Assembly (NCBI GenBank): GCA_963793865.1
Contig: CAWCBP010000006.1
Location: 160,001-224,000 of the forward strand
Length of the DNA: 64,000 nt
DNA from: an uncultured delta proteobacterium
Lineage (GTDB): Bacteria > Desulfobacterota > WTBG01
Reading direction: 5' to 3'
Under the pieces are notes generated by a model. The model did not search any database, was not told the DNA's origin, and saw only the letters and a list, made by a program, of their open reading frames with translations. A program made the position numbers and the translations under genes. This document shows positions 10,634-21,242 of the stretch, piece after piece. Position 1 is the first letter of the stretch; each line of letters opens with the position of its first letter.

Positions 10634-11839
10634 ATGTCCATAAGTTCCATTAAGGAGGCCCTCGAGGATATACGGCAGGGGAGGATGGTCATCCTCTGTG
10701 ACAACGAGGACCGGGAGAATGAAGGCGATCTGACCATGGCCGCGGAAAAGGTCACTCCTGAGGCGATTAATTTCATGGCCACCCACGGGAGGGGCCTCAT
10801 CTGCCTCTCGCTCACCGAGGAGAAGCTGCGGCAGCTTGACCTGCCGCTGATGGTGGAGGACAACACCTCCGCCTTTCAGACCGCGTTCACCGTGTCCGTC
10901 GACGCCAAGAAGGGGATTTCCACCGGCATATCAGCAGAGGACCGGGCGGTGACCATTCTCACCGCCATTGCCGACGATGCCCGGCCCGAGGATCTTGCCC
11001 GGCCGGGCCACATCTTTCCGCTGCAGTCCCGGCAGGGAGGGGTGCTGTTCAGGACCGGCCAGACGGAGGGCTCGGTGGACCTGGCGAGAATGGCGGGCTT
11101 AAAGCCGGCAGGGGTCATCTGCGAAGTGATGAATGATGACGGGACCATGGCGCGCATGCCCGATCTGGAGGGGTTTGCCCGCAAGCACGGATTGCGGATT
11201 ATCACCATTGCCGACCTGATTACCTACCGGCTGCAGTTCGAATCGCTGGTGCGACGGGTGGTGACCACGGTTATTCCCACCTGCTACGGAGGTGAATTCA
11301 CCTCCATTATTTATGAAAGCGAGGTGGACCGCAATCAGCATATTGCCCTGGTCAAGGGCAGCTGGGACAAGGATGAAGCGGTGCTGGTGAGGGTTCATTC
11401 GGAGTGCCTTACCGGCGATGCTTTGGGCTCGGAACGCTGTGACTGCGGCGAGCAGCTCCACGCCGCCATGGCCCTGATCGAGAAGGAGGGACGGGGCGCC
11501 ATTGTCTATATGCGCCAGGAGGGAAGGGGGATCGGCTTCGTCAACAAGATGCGGGCCTACGCGCTCCAGGATGAAGGCAAGGATACGGTTGAGGCCAACG
11601 AGGCGCTCGGCTTCGGCGCCGACCTCAGGGATTACGGCGTGGGTGCCCAGATCCTGCGCGATCTGGGGATCCGCAAGATGCGCCTGATGACCAACAATCC
11701 CAAAAAAATCATCGGCCTGGAGGGATACGGACTTATTGTCAGCGAGCGCGTTTCCATTGAAATAAAGCCGAAGGGCAGCAATGTCAGGTACCTGAAAACC
11801 AAGCAGAAGAAAATGGGGCACATGCTGAACTTTGATTGA
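10634..11839 (+). CDS. ribBA: Bifunctional DHBP synthase / GTP cyclohydrolase II
   Basis: [41 protein letters not shown] at 10634. Confidence 0.96.
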   Translation: MSISSIKEALEDIRQGRMVILCDNEDRENEGDLTMAAEKVTPEAINFMATHGRGLICLSLTEEKLRQLDLPLMVEDNTSAFQTAFTVSVDAKKGISTGISAEDRAVTILTAIADDARPEDLARPGHIFPLQSRQGGVLFRTGQTEGSVDLARMAGLKPAGVICEVMNDDGTMARMPDLEGFARKHGLRIITIADLITYRLQFESLVRRVVTTVIPTCYGGEFTSIIYESEVDRNQHIALVKGSWDKDEAVLVRVHSECLTGDALGSERCDCGEQLHAAMALIEKEGRGAIVYMRQEGRGIGFVNKMRAYALQDEGKDTVEANEALGFGADLRDYGVGAQILRDLGIRKMRLMTNNPKKIIGLEGYGLIVSERVSIEIKPKGSNVRYLKTKQKKMGHMLNFD

Positions 11840-11880
11840 CAGCTGCGAACGCAACGGTGAGGATTGAAAAGGAGGAGAGT

Positions 11881-12345
11881 ATGGCCAGGGTCGTGGAAGG
11901 AGTGTTGCAGGCCAAGGGCATCCGGTTCGGGATCGTGGTGTCACGCTTTAATGACTTCATTAACAAGCGGCTGCTGGACGGCGCCCTGGACGGCCTTGCC
12001 CGGCATGGCGCGGAAGAGGGCATGGTTACCGTGGTGAGGGTCCCCGGGTCCTTTGAGATACCGCTCATGGCCAAGAAGCTCGCCGGGTCCGGCAAGTATG
12101 ACGCCGTCATCTGCCTGGGCGCGGTCATTCGCGGCGCCACCCCTCATTTTGAATACATCAGCGCCGAGGTCACCAAGGGCATCGCCCAGGTCGCCCTCGA
12201 ATCAGGCGTGCCGGTTTCCTTCGGCATCCTGACCACCGATAGCATCGAACAGGCCATTGAGCGTGCCGGCACCAAGTCGGGAAACAAGGGGTGGGATGCC
12301 GCCCTGGCGGCCATTGAGATGGTCAACGTGCTTAAATTAATTTAA
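11881..12345 (+). CDS. ribH: Lumazine synthase
   Basis: [31 protein letters not shown] after GGAGGAG. Confidence 0.97.
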   Translation: MARVVEGVLQAKGIRFGIVVSRFNDFINKRLLDGALDGLARHGAEEGMVTVVRVPGSFEIPLMAKKLAGSGKYDAVICLGAVIRGATPHFEYISAEVTKGIAQVALESGVPVSFGILTTDSIEQAIERAGTKSGNKGWDAALAAIEMVNVLKLI

Positions 12346-12394
12346 GGGGCGTGCCGCGTCACATCATGACAGGACCGGTCCGGGGAGAGCAACG

Positions 12395-12832
12395 GTGGGG
12401 AAGAGAACGCGATCACGGGAAATCGCCCTGCAGGTTCTCTATCAGGTTGAGATGAGCGGAGGCGCCGCGGATGAGACGTTCAATCTCTTCTGGGGGCACT
12501 TCAGCCCCTCGCCCGGATTGGAGGACTTTTCCCGCACGATCGTTGCAGGTGTGTGCGAGCACCGGAAAAAGATCGACACCATCATCGAGAGCTTTTCAGA
12601 GCACTGGCGTCTGGACCGCATCACCATCGTCGACCGGAACATACTGCGCCTGGCCATTTTCGAACTGCTCATGTGCCCCGACATTCCCACCAAGGTTGTG
12701 CTCAACGAAGCGGTTGAGCTGGGCAAGCGCTTCGGGTCGGACCAGTCGGGGGCATTTATCAACGGCATCCTCGACAGCATCTCGCACCAGCTCTCGCGGC
12801 CGGCGCCCGCCGGGGAGAATCAGCCGCGGTAG
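12395..12832 (+). CDS. nusB: Transcription antitermination factor NusB
   Basis: RTRSREIALQVLYQ, DRNILRLA, NEAVELGKRF, FINGILD. Confidence 0.95.
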   Translation: MGKRTRSREIALQVLYQVEMSGGAADETFNLFWGHFSPSPGLEDFSRTIVAGVCEHRKKIDTIIESFSEHWRLDRITIVDRNILRLAIFELLMCPDIPTKVVLNEAVELGKRFGSDQSGAFINGILDSISHQLSRPAPAGENQPR

Positions 12833-13761
12833 TGCTTGTCCCCCCGTGAAATTCCCCTCCATCTTCGGTTAGTCCACCACCACTGGTCAGGATACCGCCT
12901 TACATAGTGCTCGATCCGCTCCGTGAACAGGGCGGTCAGGTTGCGTATGTCCGCATCGCGGTTTCCGGTCGGTTCACAGGCAAGGGGCGGGTCTATCATC
13001 ACCCGGTGGCTATCATCCTGCTGCCGCACCACAAACAGGGGGAGCAGCGCGGCGCCGGTTCGCAGGGAGAGCACCGCCGGCCCGGTGGCGGTGGGAACCG
13101 GGTAGCCGAAAAATTTCACCGGGATGCCGCCGTGGCGCTTATATTCGTCGGCGATGATGCAGATGATCCCGTTGTTTCGCAGGCAGCTGAGTATCCGGCG
13201 CTGGCATTGGGCGGGGGGCGTGGTACTGATCCACTGCTGTCCCGCCTTTCTCCGGAAGAACCTGAACATGCGGGAGATGGGTTCGCTCGGGGGATCACGC
13301 AGCACCATGTGGAAGGGGTACTGCGCCCGCACCATGAACGATCCCAGGTTGATGAAATTGCCGAAGTGGGCGCTCACCGCGATGACACCCTTGCCCCGGG
13401 CGAGGGCGCGGTCGAGGTGCTCCTTCCCCTCCAGGGCAGCCCGTGCCTCAATCCTGCCGTGAAACGGGCTTGCCAGGTACAGGCACTCGAAGAATGACTT
13501 GATCATGTTGTCAGCCATGGACCGGGCGATCCGGTTTCTTTCATCCCTCCCCAGGCCGCTGCCGAAGGCCACCTCCAGGTTGCCCAGAACCGTCTTCCGC
13601 TGCCGGGTGAGCAGCCTCACCAGCAGGGCGGACAGCGCACGGGAAATGAAATACGATGTCCGCAACGGCAAACGGGGTATGAAGCGATACAGCCCCCGCA
13701 TGAGCAGCGCCTGGGCATGGTCGCCAAGCCCGGCTTTTTTTTTCTCCAGCGCATCTGCCAT
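12820..13761 (-). CDS. Lipid A / lysophospholipid acyltransferase (LpxL/HtrB family)
   Basis: SAHFGNF, V.FFG, PDQWWWTNRRW. Confidence 0.85.
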   Translation of the reverse strand: MADALEKKKAGLGDHAQALLMRGLYRFIPRLPLRTSYFISRALSALLVRLLTRQRKTVLGNLEVAFGSGLGRDERNRIARSMADNMIKSFFECLYLASPFHGRIEARAALEGKEHLDRALARGKGVIAVSAHFGNFINLGSFMVRAQYPFHMVLRDPPSEPISRMFRFFRRKAGQQWISTTPPAQCQRRILSCLRNNGIICIIADEYKRHGGIPVKFFGYPVPTATGPAVLSLRTGAALLPLFVVRQQDDSHRVMIDPPLACEPTGNRDADIRNLTALFTERIEHYVRRYPDQWWWTNRRWRGISRGDKHYRG

Positions 13762-14029
13762 CTGAGCGTGTCTTTAAAGGTGTGAGGTGAGGTTACTTAT
13801 CATGCGACAAACATTAAACCATCGGCGCTCATTCCTATCACCTGCGGATGCAAATCTCAAATGAATTTTTCCTTTCTTTCCTTGACTTGACGTCCTGTTC
13901 TGATAATCTTTCCATCTGTAAGGACGGTTGCGCAGCCGATGCGCTCTGCTGCCCTCCTGATTGCCCCGGATCAAAATGCCGGCAGTCCTGCCGGGGCACC
14001 CTATTCCCCACATCGTTTCGTTATCAATT

Positions 14030-15787
14030 GTGGTGACTACCCCTTCTGAAAAACAGTGGCACATCCTCCCCCCGGTTGAGGCTGTCCCGCAGCGGCTTGC
14101 CGTACAGCTGGGTATTTCCCCGCTCCTCGGCCAGCTGCTGGCCCGCCGCAACATAACCACACCTGAGGCTGCGGACGCTTACCTCTCGCCCAAGCTGAGC
14201 GATTTGCATTCACCTTTTTTGATGCAGGACATGGAGAAGGCGGTGGAGCGCATCCGCCGGGCGCTGCAGGGGCGGGAGCCGATTATGATCTGCGGCGACT
14301 ATGATGTTGACGGCATATCCGGCACCGCGCTGCTCTACCTTTTCCTCGCCGGGCTGGGAGCGAATGTCGCCTTCCATATCCCCGATCGTGTCACCGAAGG
14401 ATACGGGCTGCATCGCGAGTCCCTGCGGCTCATGAAAGAGAGGGGCGTCCGGCTCATCATCACCGTCGACTGCGGAAGCTCCGACCGGGAGCAGGTCCGC
14501 TTTGCCGGGCAGGAAGGCATCGATGTGATTATCACCGATCACCACGAGGTTCCCCCGGAGCTGCCCCCCGCCTATGCGGTGCTTAATCCCAAGCGGCCTG
14601 ACTGCAACTATCCCTTTGAGGGGCTTGCCGGGGTGGGGGTGGTGTTCAATCTGCTGATGGCGCTGCGCAAGGCGTTGCGGGAGGGGCACTTCTTCGCCGG
14701 CGGCGCCGCGCCGAACCTGCGCGAATACCTTGACCTGGTTGCGCTGGGGACCATTGCCGACATGGTGCCCCTGGTTGACCAGAACCGCATCCTGGTGAAG
14801 TACGGCCTGGACGAGCTGGCCCGGGGAAAGAGGAAGGGTATACGGGAGCTGAAAGAGGTGTGCGGCCTGACATCAGCGCACCTCAATTCATACCAGGTGG
14901 CGTTCAGGCTTGCCCCCCGGCTTAACGCCGCCGGCCGCATCGGTCAGGCGTGTGACTCGGTCAGGCTGCTGACCACTGATGACGATGGGGAGGCGCGGCG
15001 GCTGGCGCTGCACCTGAATGAAGAAAACCTGAAGCGGCAGCGGATCGAGAGTCGCATTTTTAAACAGGCCTGCGCGCTGGTGGATGCGGAAAACGGAGGA
15101 GGGCGCAGCTCCATTGTGCTTGCCTCAGCCGAATGGCATCCCGGCGTGCTCGGCATCTGCGCCTCCCGGCTGCTGGAGCGGTATTACAAGCCGGCGGTGC
15201 TCATCGCCTGCGATGAGGCCAGGGGCACGGGAAAAGGATCGGCCAGAAGCCATGATGACTTTCATCTCTACGAGGGCTTAAAGGCCTGCGGGCATGTGCT
15301 GGAAAAATTCGGCGGCCATCATTGCGCGGCGGGACTGGCCATCAGGCTGGATCAGCTGGAGGCTTTCAGAGAGCTCTTTGACGCGGCGGTGGCCGGAAGC
15401 GCGGGCGGAGAAGCCCCTGTTCCCCTGCTGATTATTGACGCGGAAGCCCGATTGGGGGAGTTTTCAGAATCGGTGGTGAACGAGATTGCCCGGCTTGAGC
15501 CCTTCGGGCTGTGCAATCCGGAACCAACCTTCGCCTCGCCTGCTTTTGACTCCTACAGCTCCCAGGTGGTCAACGGCGGGCACCTCAAGCTGAAGATACG
15601 CGAGGACGGCGTCGGGTACGACGCCATCGGCTTTAACCTTGCGGAGCGCTTTCAAACCCTGCGGCCGGCTGCGGCTTCCTCCCCGGCGGGACGGATACAG
15701 ATCGCCTTTGTCCCCCGGATCAATGAGTGGCAGGGGTTGAGGAGCGTGCAGCTGAAGATCAAGGACATAAAACACGTGGCCGCCTGA
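14030..15787 (+). CDS. recJ: ssDNA-specific exonuclease RecJ (start approximate)
   Basis: GDYDVDG, ITVDCG, TDHH, LGTIADMVPL, PRLNAAGR, GSARS, GGH..AAG. Confidence 0.95.
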   Translation: MVTTPSEKQWHILPPVEAVPQRLAVQLGISPLLGQLLARRNITTPEAADAYLSPKLSDLHSPFLMQDMEKAVERIRRALQGREPIMICGDYDVDGISGTALLYLFLAGLGANVAFHIPDRVTEGYGLHRESLRLMKERGVRLIITVDCGSSDREQVRFAGQEGIDVIITDHHEVPPELPPAYAVLNPKRPDCNYPFEGLAGVGVVFNLLMALRKALREGHFFAGGAAPNLREYLDLVALGTIADMVPLVDQNRILVKYGLDELARGKRKGIRELKEVCGLTSAHLNSYQVAFRLAPRLNAAGRIGQACDSVRLLTTDDDGEARRLALHLNEENLKRQRIESRIFKQACALVDAENGGGRSSIVLASAEWHPGVLGICASRLLERYYKPAVLIACDEARGTGKGSARSHDDFHLYEGLKACGHVLEKFGGHHCAAGLAIRLDQLEAFRELFDAAVAGSAGGEAPVPLLIIDAEARLGEFSESVVNEIARLEPFGLCNPEPTFASPAFDSYSSQVVNGGHLKLKIREDGVGYDAIGFNLAERFQTLRPAAASSPAGRIQIAFVPRINEWQGLRSVQLKIKDIKHVAA

Positions 15788-15821
15788 CATGGCCGGCGCC
15801 CCCTGTGCGTGCCGGTTTGCT

Positions 15822-16946
15822 TCAGCGGCGCGCGGCCTCGCGCGCCAGCCCGATTTCCTCCCGCACCTGCGCGTTCCCTTCCCGGTCACCTGCCGCGCTC
15901 AGATGAGCCGCGGCGGTCCTGCCTCCGATGTTTCCCAGCGCCCATGCCGCGTATGCACGCACCGCCTCATCTCCCCGCTCCAGCGCCTGCGCCAGCACGG
16001 GAACGGCCCTTTCGTCCCTGAAATTGCCGAGCCCGATGGCAGCGTTTCTCTGGAGGTATTTTTTATCCATGAGGAAGAACCCCATGAGGGTTGCGGCATA
16101 ACCGCTTTCCCATTGCTCGTCGGTCATGGCGAAGACGTCGAGCAGCGACGGGTGCAACAGCTCATGGGGGGGACGGTAGCCTGCTATGGGTTTGATGCCG
16201 CGGTTTTTGGGACAGGCGTCCCTGCAGGCGGTGCATCCCTCGCCCATCAGATTGCTGCTTTTCTCCCGTATGGAAACGGGGATGACTTTTTTGTTGTGTC
16301 CCAGATGGAAATCCAGGCACCTGGTGAGGTCGCAGCGGTACGGGGCAAAGAGGGCCCCGGTGGGGCAGGCGGCGAGGCAGAGCTCGCAGCTGCCGCAGCT
16401 TCCGGAGAGCGGTCCGTCCGGTTCCAGTTCCGCGTCGGTCACGTAGGCCGCAAGGCCAAGCCAGGAGCCGAAATCGGGATGCTGGATGATGGCGTTTTTT
16501 CCGTAGAATCCCACGCCGCATTTGGATGCGAACAGCTTGATGGGAAACTGACCGCCCACCATGGAAAAGCACTGAAACCCCCGCCGGGTGAAAAAATCCA
16601 CGATCTGAGAGCCTTTCTCAGCGCTGTCCAGCAGCAACTGTACGGTGACGTGGGATGGTTCCGCCCTGCCCAGGAGCCGTTCCCTGCACTCCTCGAAGCC
16701 GGTCACGGCACCCATATAATTCGGTGATCCGGTTATGATCACCGACCGCGCCTCCGGCAGGAAGTCCCGCGGCGCCAGCACCGCGTCATTGCCCTGGGAC
16801 AGGGGAGTGGCTTGGGCAAAGGTTTTGACCACATGAGAAATCCGCTCCAGATCGTCCGGCTCGAAATCAGCCGGCGGCGCGATGCCCACCAGGGGTATGC
16901 GCAGCTCGTCCCGTACATGGTTCAGAAATTCGGCTTTCAGGTTCAT
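15822..16946 (-). CDS. Epoxyqueuosine reductase (QueG)-like Fe-S protein, probably cobalamin-binding, with C-terminal HEAT repeats; divergent
   Basis: G.GFYGKN..I.P.FGSW, CGSCELCLAACPTGA, CTACRDACP, RNAAIGLGN HEAT repeat; likely ATG at 16946. Confidence 0.8.
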   Translation of the reverse strand: MNLKAEFLNHVRDELRIPLVGIAPPADFEPDDLERISHVVKTFAQATPLSQGNDAVLAPRDFLPEARSVIITGSPNYMGAVTGFEECRERLLGRAEPSHVTVQLLLDSAEKGSQIVDFFTRRGFQCFSMVGGQFPIKLFASKCGVGFYGKNAIIQHPDFGSWLGLAAYVTDAELEPDGPLSGSCGSCELCLAACPTGALFAPYRCDLTRCLDFHLGHNKKVIPVSIREKSSNLMGEGCTACRDACPKNRGIKPIAGYRPPHELLHPSLLDVFAMTDEQWESGYAATLMGFFLMDKKYLQRNAAIGLGNFRDERAVPVLAQALERGDEAVRAYAAWALGNIGGRTAAAHLSAAGDREGNAQVREEIGLAREAARR

Positions 16947-17242
16947 ACGCGGTCCTTCCGTCATAAAGGCGTTACTGACTGATGAGGGTCTGCAGACAGC
17001 AGAACACAAAAAGAGGATGCTGTCAATAGAGAGAGTACGGCCGCAGGCGGGATCTGAGTGCGACAGCCGGCCCATGCCGTCTCCGCTGCCATCCGCGAGC
17101 GCGCAGCGTCCCGGGCACATTCATTCTTTTTACGTGCTCATCACGCCGCTCATTTTTAAGTAGCATTTTTGACCGGCATGTGGTACAGGATGGAAGTTAA
17201 ACAGCAAAACGGTTACCGCTCCTAACCCTGTCAACGGATCCT

Positions 17243-17701
17243 ATGAAACAGAGCGAGCTGCAGACCTATTTTTCCCCCGAACTTTTTATCCCGGAACTGA
17301 AGGCCTCCACCAAGGACGGTGTACTCAAGGAAATGGCCGCCTGGCTGGAGTCCCGGAAAAAGATTTTCAGGACCGCCCTGGTCTATGACCTCCTGCATAA
17401 GCGGGAGGCGCTGGGAAGCACCGGCATCGGGGGGGGCATCGCCATACCCCACTGCCGCACCATCGCCGTTGAAAAGCTCACCGTGCTCTGCGCTCTCAAG
17501 CACGGCGGGGTTAACTTCGGCGCCCCCGACAAAAAGCAGGTAAAAGTTTTTTTTATGGTGGTGGCGCCGCCGCATGATGTTACCTACCTGGTGTTTTTAG
17601 GAAAGCTGGTTGAAGCGGTGAACGATAAGCTGCTGAAGCGGGGGCTTTTTGAGGTGAAAGGCTTTGAGGAGTTTATCAATCTCATTGCAGGAGAGGCGTA
17701 G
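17243..17701 (+). CDS. PTS IIA domain protein (Fru/Ntr type)
   Basis: REALGSTGIGGGIAIPHCR with phospho-acceptor His. Confidence 0.9.
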   Translation: MKQSELQTYFSPELFIPELKASTKDGVLKEMAAWLESRKKIFRTALVYDLLHKREALGSTGIGGGIAIPHCRTIAVEKLTVLCALKHGGVNFGAPDKKQVKVFFMVVAPPHDVTYLVFLGKLVEAVNDKLLKRGLFEVKGFEEFINLIAGEA

Positions 17702-17704
17702 CAC

Positions 17705-18052
17705 ATGCACAAGATTTTACAAACCCTGGTGATGCTTCAGGACCTGGATTGCATGATTGACGAAGTTGCCAGCAAGGACGTCAAAAACGTTGAGAAAAAA
17801 ATGGGGCTCAAGATCAAGGGAGAAGAGCAGCTGCAGGAGGCGAAAGAGAGGCTTGAGCAGTCGCTTCCCCCGGCGGTGCTCTCAAAATATCACAAGCTGA
17901 TGAAGCGCTTCGGGAGGGCGGTGGTGCCGGTGGTGGGCAACAACTGCATGGGCTGTTACGTGTCGGTTCCCAAGCGCCTGATGGTGCGGGAGATAGGAAA
18001 CCGGGAATTGAGAAACTGCGAGCGGTGCGGCATGTTCCTCTACTGGGTGTAG
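17705..18052 (+). CDS. C4 zinc-ribbon protein (short DUF164-like)
   Basis: AVVPV...CMGC...CERCGMFLY. Confidence 0.8.
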   Translation: MHKILQTLVMLQDLDCMIDEVASKDVKNVEKKMGLKIKGEEQLQEAKERLEQSLPPAVLSKYHKLMKRFGRAVVPVVGNNCMGCYVSVPKRLMVREIGNRELRNCERCGMFLYWV

Positions 18053-18084
18053 CGGAAGGGCAGGCGCGGGATGGTGATGAGATC

Positions 18085-18561
18085 GTGAGCGGCAAGATAC
18101 CCATGACGCGGGAAGGATACGAATCATTGAGCCGGGAGCTGAAGCGCCTCAAGAATGTCGAGCGGCCAAAGATCGTGAAGGAGATCGGCCTGGCGCGGGA
18201 GCATGGCGATCTGAGCGAAAACGCCGAGTACGAGGCAGCCAAGCATCAGCAGGGACTGCTGGAAGGGCGTATCAGGGAGATTGAAAACAAGCTGGCCATG
18301 GCGCAGCTGCCCGAGGCCGGCAGGGCGCAGGCGGGGACGGTGGTTTTCGGCGCCACCATCCATCTGGAAGACCAGGATACCGGCGAGACGGTGACCTACA
18401 AAATAGTCGGGGCCGATGAGTCGGACATCAGGCAAAAAAAGATTTCCGTACACTCGCCCATCGCCAGGGCCCTGATCGGCAGGAAGATAGGTGATGCGGT
18501 TGAGGTTGCCATTCCTGCAGGCAGGAAGGAATTTGTGGTTCTGAACGTTCTTTTCGATTAG
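18085..18561 (+). CDS. greA: Transcription elongation factor GreA
   Basis: [27 protein letters not shown] at 18085. Confidence 0.95.
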   Translation: MSGKIPMTREGYESLSRELKRLKNVERPKIVKEIGLAREHGDLSENAEYEAAKHQQGLLEGRIREIENKLAMAQLPEAGRAQAGTVVFGATIHLEDQDTGETVTYKIVGADESDIRQKKISVHSPIARALIGRKIGDAVEVAIPAGRKEFVVLNVLFD

Positions 18562-18584
18562 CAGGCTGTTGAAAAACACCCATC
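18562..18584 (+). repeat. Dispersed repeat copy 1 (CAGGCTGTTGAAAAACACCCATC)
   Basis: Near-identical to the starts of the repeats at 27798 and 30643. Confidence 0.75.
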
Positions 18585-18707
18585 CCCTGCGTTACCATCA
18601 TCCCTCGTCACTGCAACCTGCGTGCATGCAGGTCCCCCGATTCTTCCCCCGCATCAGAGAATATCCCCTTTCCCCAATGTGACGAAACCCTGTTTGATCG
18701 ACCCGCC

Positions 18708-19961
18708 TCAGAACCGGTAGTCAAGGCTGACGCTTACCAGGCCGGTGTAGGTTTCATAGGTGCCGTTGAACCCGTCCCGGTTTCTCCTGACATGGGCATC
18801 GGCGCTGAACACCGCGTAATAGGAGCAGTGCAGGTTCCACCGCCGCCGGGCAATGCTGAAGCCGGCCGCGGCGATGAACTTGTCGCTGTCAGGCAGTATG
18901 GGATCGACGTTTTCTTCCGGGGCGGCCGAGCGGTCGAACAAAAATCCGCAGCGCAGGGCCAGCCATTCGCTTGCGCGGTATCGCGCCCCCAGGGCATAAT
19001 CCAGCACGTCCTTGTAATCGCGGGGAATGGGCGCAAGCTGCCCTCGCACGGGCGGGCTGACCCGGCCCTCGAAATCGGCGAAAAGCTCATCGAAGCTGGA
19101 AAAGCCCACCCAGATGAGGTCGAATTCCATGGTCAGCCGTTCGGTTATGCGGACCGCGATTCCGCCCGCCAGAATCGGCGGCAGTTCAATCTCGATGTCG
19201 GCGTCCCCGCGGGGGAGAAGCGGTTTTATCAGGGGGGCGGCGGTAAAATCGGCGTCGCCGTCGAGGGTGATGTCTATGGCGCTGCGGTAGGATATCCCGA
19301 AGGTGAGGCTATTGTTTGCCTGATAGAGCAGGGCAAGGTTGAATCCGCATGAACTGCCCCTGGCTTCGAAGTCGGCCGTTCCCAGCGGCCGGTGCCGGGG
19401 CGTGAGCTGCAGCGCTTTTTTGAAGCGGAGGGTGGAGTAGACGGGACTGATGCCGAATGCGACGGAGAAGGCGGGGCTGACGCGATAGGATACAACCGGA
19501 TTGAGGAAAAAGGTTTTCAGCTCGGCAAGGGTGGAGATCCATCTCCCCTCCCAGTCGTCGCTCCAGTCGGTGCTCAGCCCGAAGTGGGAAAAACAGCCGA
19601 GGCCGATGCTGAACCGCTCATTGAGCTGATGGGTCAGGTAGGCCGCGGGGAGGAGGTAGGTGTGATGCTTCATGCGGCTGCTTGAGCCGGTGGCGTCGCT
19701 GGTGAAGGTGGTGCGGGGGATGATCACCGTGCCGCCGCACGAGGCCTGGGTTCCGCCCAGACGGCTGAGCGCGGCGGGATTGTAAAAGACGGCGGAGGGG
19801 TTGTCAACCTGGGCGGTGTAGGCCACGGCCGAGGCGTTGGCCGCGGCGTGCTGATTGTAGATGAGGAATCCGGTCGCAGCGCATGATGCAACCTCACAGA
19901 GGCCGAAATACAGTGCGGCGATCAGTGCCGCGGCTGCTGTGTGTACCCGGCGATGGAACAT
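18708..19961 (-). CDS. FadL/OmpP1 family outer-membrane transporter for hydrophobic compounds
   Basis: Signal peptide, DNPSAVFYNPA, FGLSTDW, ILPDSD, C-terminal YRF. Confidence 0.88.
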   Translation of the reverse strand: MFHRRVHTAAAALIAALYFGLCEVASCAATGFLIYNQHAAANASAVAYTAQVDNPSAVFYNPAALSRLGGTQASCGGTVIIPRTTFTSDATGSSSRMKHHTYLLPAAYLTHQLNERFSIGLGCFSHFGLSTDWSDDWEGRWISTLAELKTFFLNPVVSYRVSPAFSVAFGISPVYSTLRFKKALQLTPRHRPLGTADFEARGSSCGFNLALLYQANNSLTFGISYRSAIDITLDGDADFTAAPLIKPLLPRGDADIEIELPPILAGGIAVRITERLTMEFDLIWVGFSSFDELFADFEGRVSPPVRGQLAPIPRDYKDVLDYALGARYRASEWLALRCGFLFDRSAAPEENVDPILPDSDKFIAAAGFSIARRRWNLHCSYYAVFSADAHVRRNRDGFNGTYETYTGLVSVSLDYRF

Positions 19962-20074
19962 GGCGGCAATGCGGGCTGAGGATTATACCGTACGCCGATG
20001 AGCATAGCACGCATGCGGATATTAATAAATATAAATATGCGGGTGCCATCAGCCGCTTCGGGACAAAAAGTGCA

Positions 20075-20103
20075 TTGACATTACCGCCTCTATACTTTAT
20101 CAT
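20075..20103 (+). promoter_or_regulatory. Sigma70-type promoter for rsmD-coaD-tol
   Basis: TTGACA-N17-TATCAT. Confidence 0.55.
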
Positions 20104-20138
20104 TTTATCCCGAACAGCAACAGGGTGGTACGAGCCCC

Positions 20139-20687
20139 TTGAGAGTGATCAGCGGAACGCTTAAAGGAAGAAAGCTTGCCTCCTTCCGGGGCCGGCACAT
20201 ACGGCCCACTGCTGACCGGGTCAGGGAAGCGGTATTTAATATCCTTAACCTCCCCTGGGAGGCGAAGGATGTGCTTGATCTGTTTGCCGGGACCGGCGGT
20301 CTCGGGATAGAGGCCCTGAGTCGCGGCGCCTCGCGCGTCGTCTTTGTGGAGCAGCACCCGCGCGCCCTTGAAGTGCTGGAGAAGAATCTGGGCATGCTCG
20401 GCCTGAGCGGCAGCTGCGAAATCCTGCGCACGGGCGTGGAGGAGGGAATAAGGCTGCTGCAGAGAAGGCGCCATACCTTTGACCTGGCCTTCCTCGATCC
20501 CCCCTACGGCAGCGGTTTGGCAGATAGCGCTTTGCATTTGCTCTCCCGGAGTGCTATAATGCGCGGCGGCGGTGTAATCGTGGCGGAGCACCACATCCGC
20601 GAACAGCTCTCGAACAGCTGCGGGCTGATTACCCTCTCTGATCGCCGCAGATACGGCGAAACCGCCATTTCCTTTTACAGCGTATAA
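20139..20687 (+). CDS. rsmD: 16S rRNA m2G966 methyltransferase
   Basis: RVISG..KGR, RPTADRVREA.F, LDLFAGTG, DPPY. Confidence 0.94.
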   Translation: MRVISGTLKGRKLASFRGRHIRPTADRVREAVFNILNLPWEAKDVLDLFAGTGGLGIEALSRGASRVVFVEQHPRALEVLEKNLGMLGLSGSCEILRTGVEEGIRLLQRRRHTFDLAFLDPPYGSGLADSALHLLSRSAIMRGGGVIVAEHHIREQLSNSCGLITLSDRRRYGETAISFYSV

Positions 20688-20707
20688 CCGGTGAAGGAAG
20701 CGTATGC

Positions 20708-21217
20708 ATGGAAAAAATTGCCGTCTATCCCGGATCATTTGATCCCATTACCAACGGGCACGTGAGCATCATTGAGCGCGCGCTCAACATTTTTGACAGG
20801 CTCATCGTGACCGTGGCGGTTAATGCATCCAAGAACCCGCTGTTTACCATAGCGGAACGGCAGGAGATGATCCGGGAGGCCACCCGTGAGTATCCCGGGG
20901 TGATGGTCGACACCTTTGAGGGGCTGCTGGTCGATTATGTTGCGAAAAAAAAGATCGGGGTGATTATCAGGGGATTGCGGGCCATGTCCGACTATGAGTC
21001 CGAGCTGCAGATGACCCTGATGAACAGAAAGCTCAACCGGTCGGTAGAGACCATTTTTATGATAACCGGCCTGCAGTGGTTTTATGTCAGCTCGCGCCTG
21101 ATCAAGGAAGTGGCTGCCGCGGGAGGCTGTCTGAAAGGCCTGGTGCCCGATGTGGTGTGCGCCCGGCTCAACGAAAAATTCATGTCATCCCGTCGGCGCA
21201 AGGCCGGCCGGGACTAG
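20708..21217 (+). CDS. coaD: Phosphopantetheine adenylyltransferase
   Basis: YPGSFDPITNGH, RGLRA.SD, SSRLIKEV. Confidence 0.96.
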   Translation: MEKIAVYPGSFDPITNGHVSIIERALNIFDRLIVTVAVNASKNPLFTIAERQEMIREATREYPGVMVDTFEGLLVDYVAKKKIGVIIRGLRAMSDYESELQMTLMNRKLNRSVETIFMITGLQWFYVSSRLIKEVAAAGGCLKGLVPDVVCARLNEKFMSSRRRKAGRD

Positions 21218-21242
21218 GACGGGCTGGGGAGGAAAGGGTACG

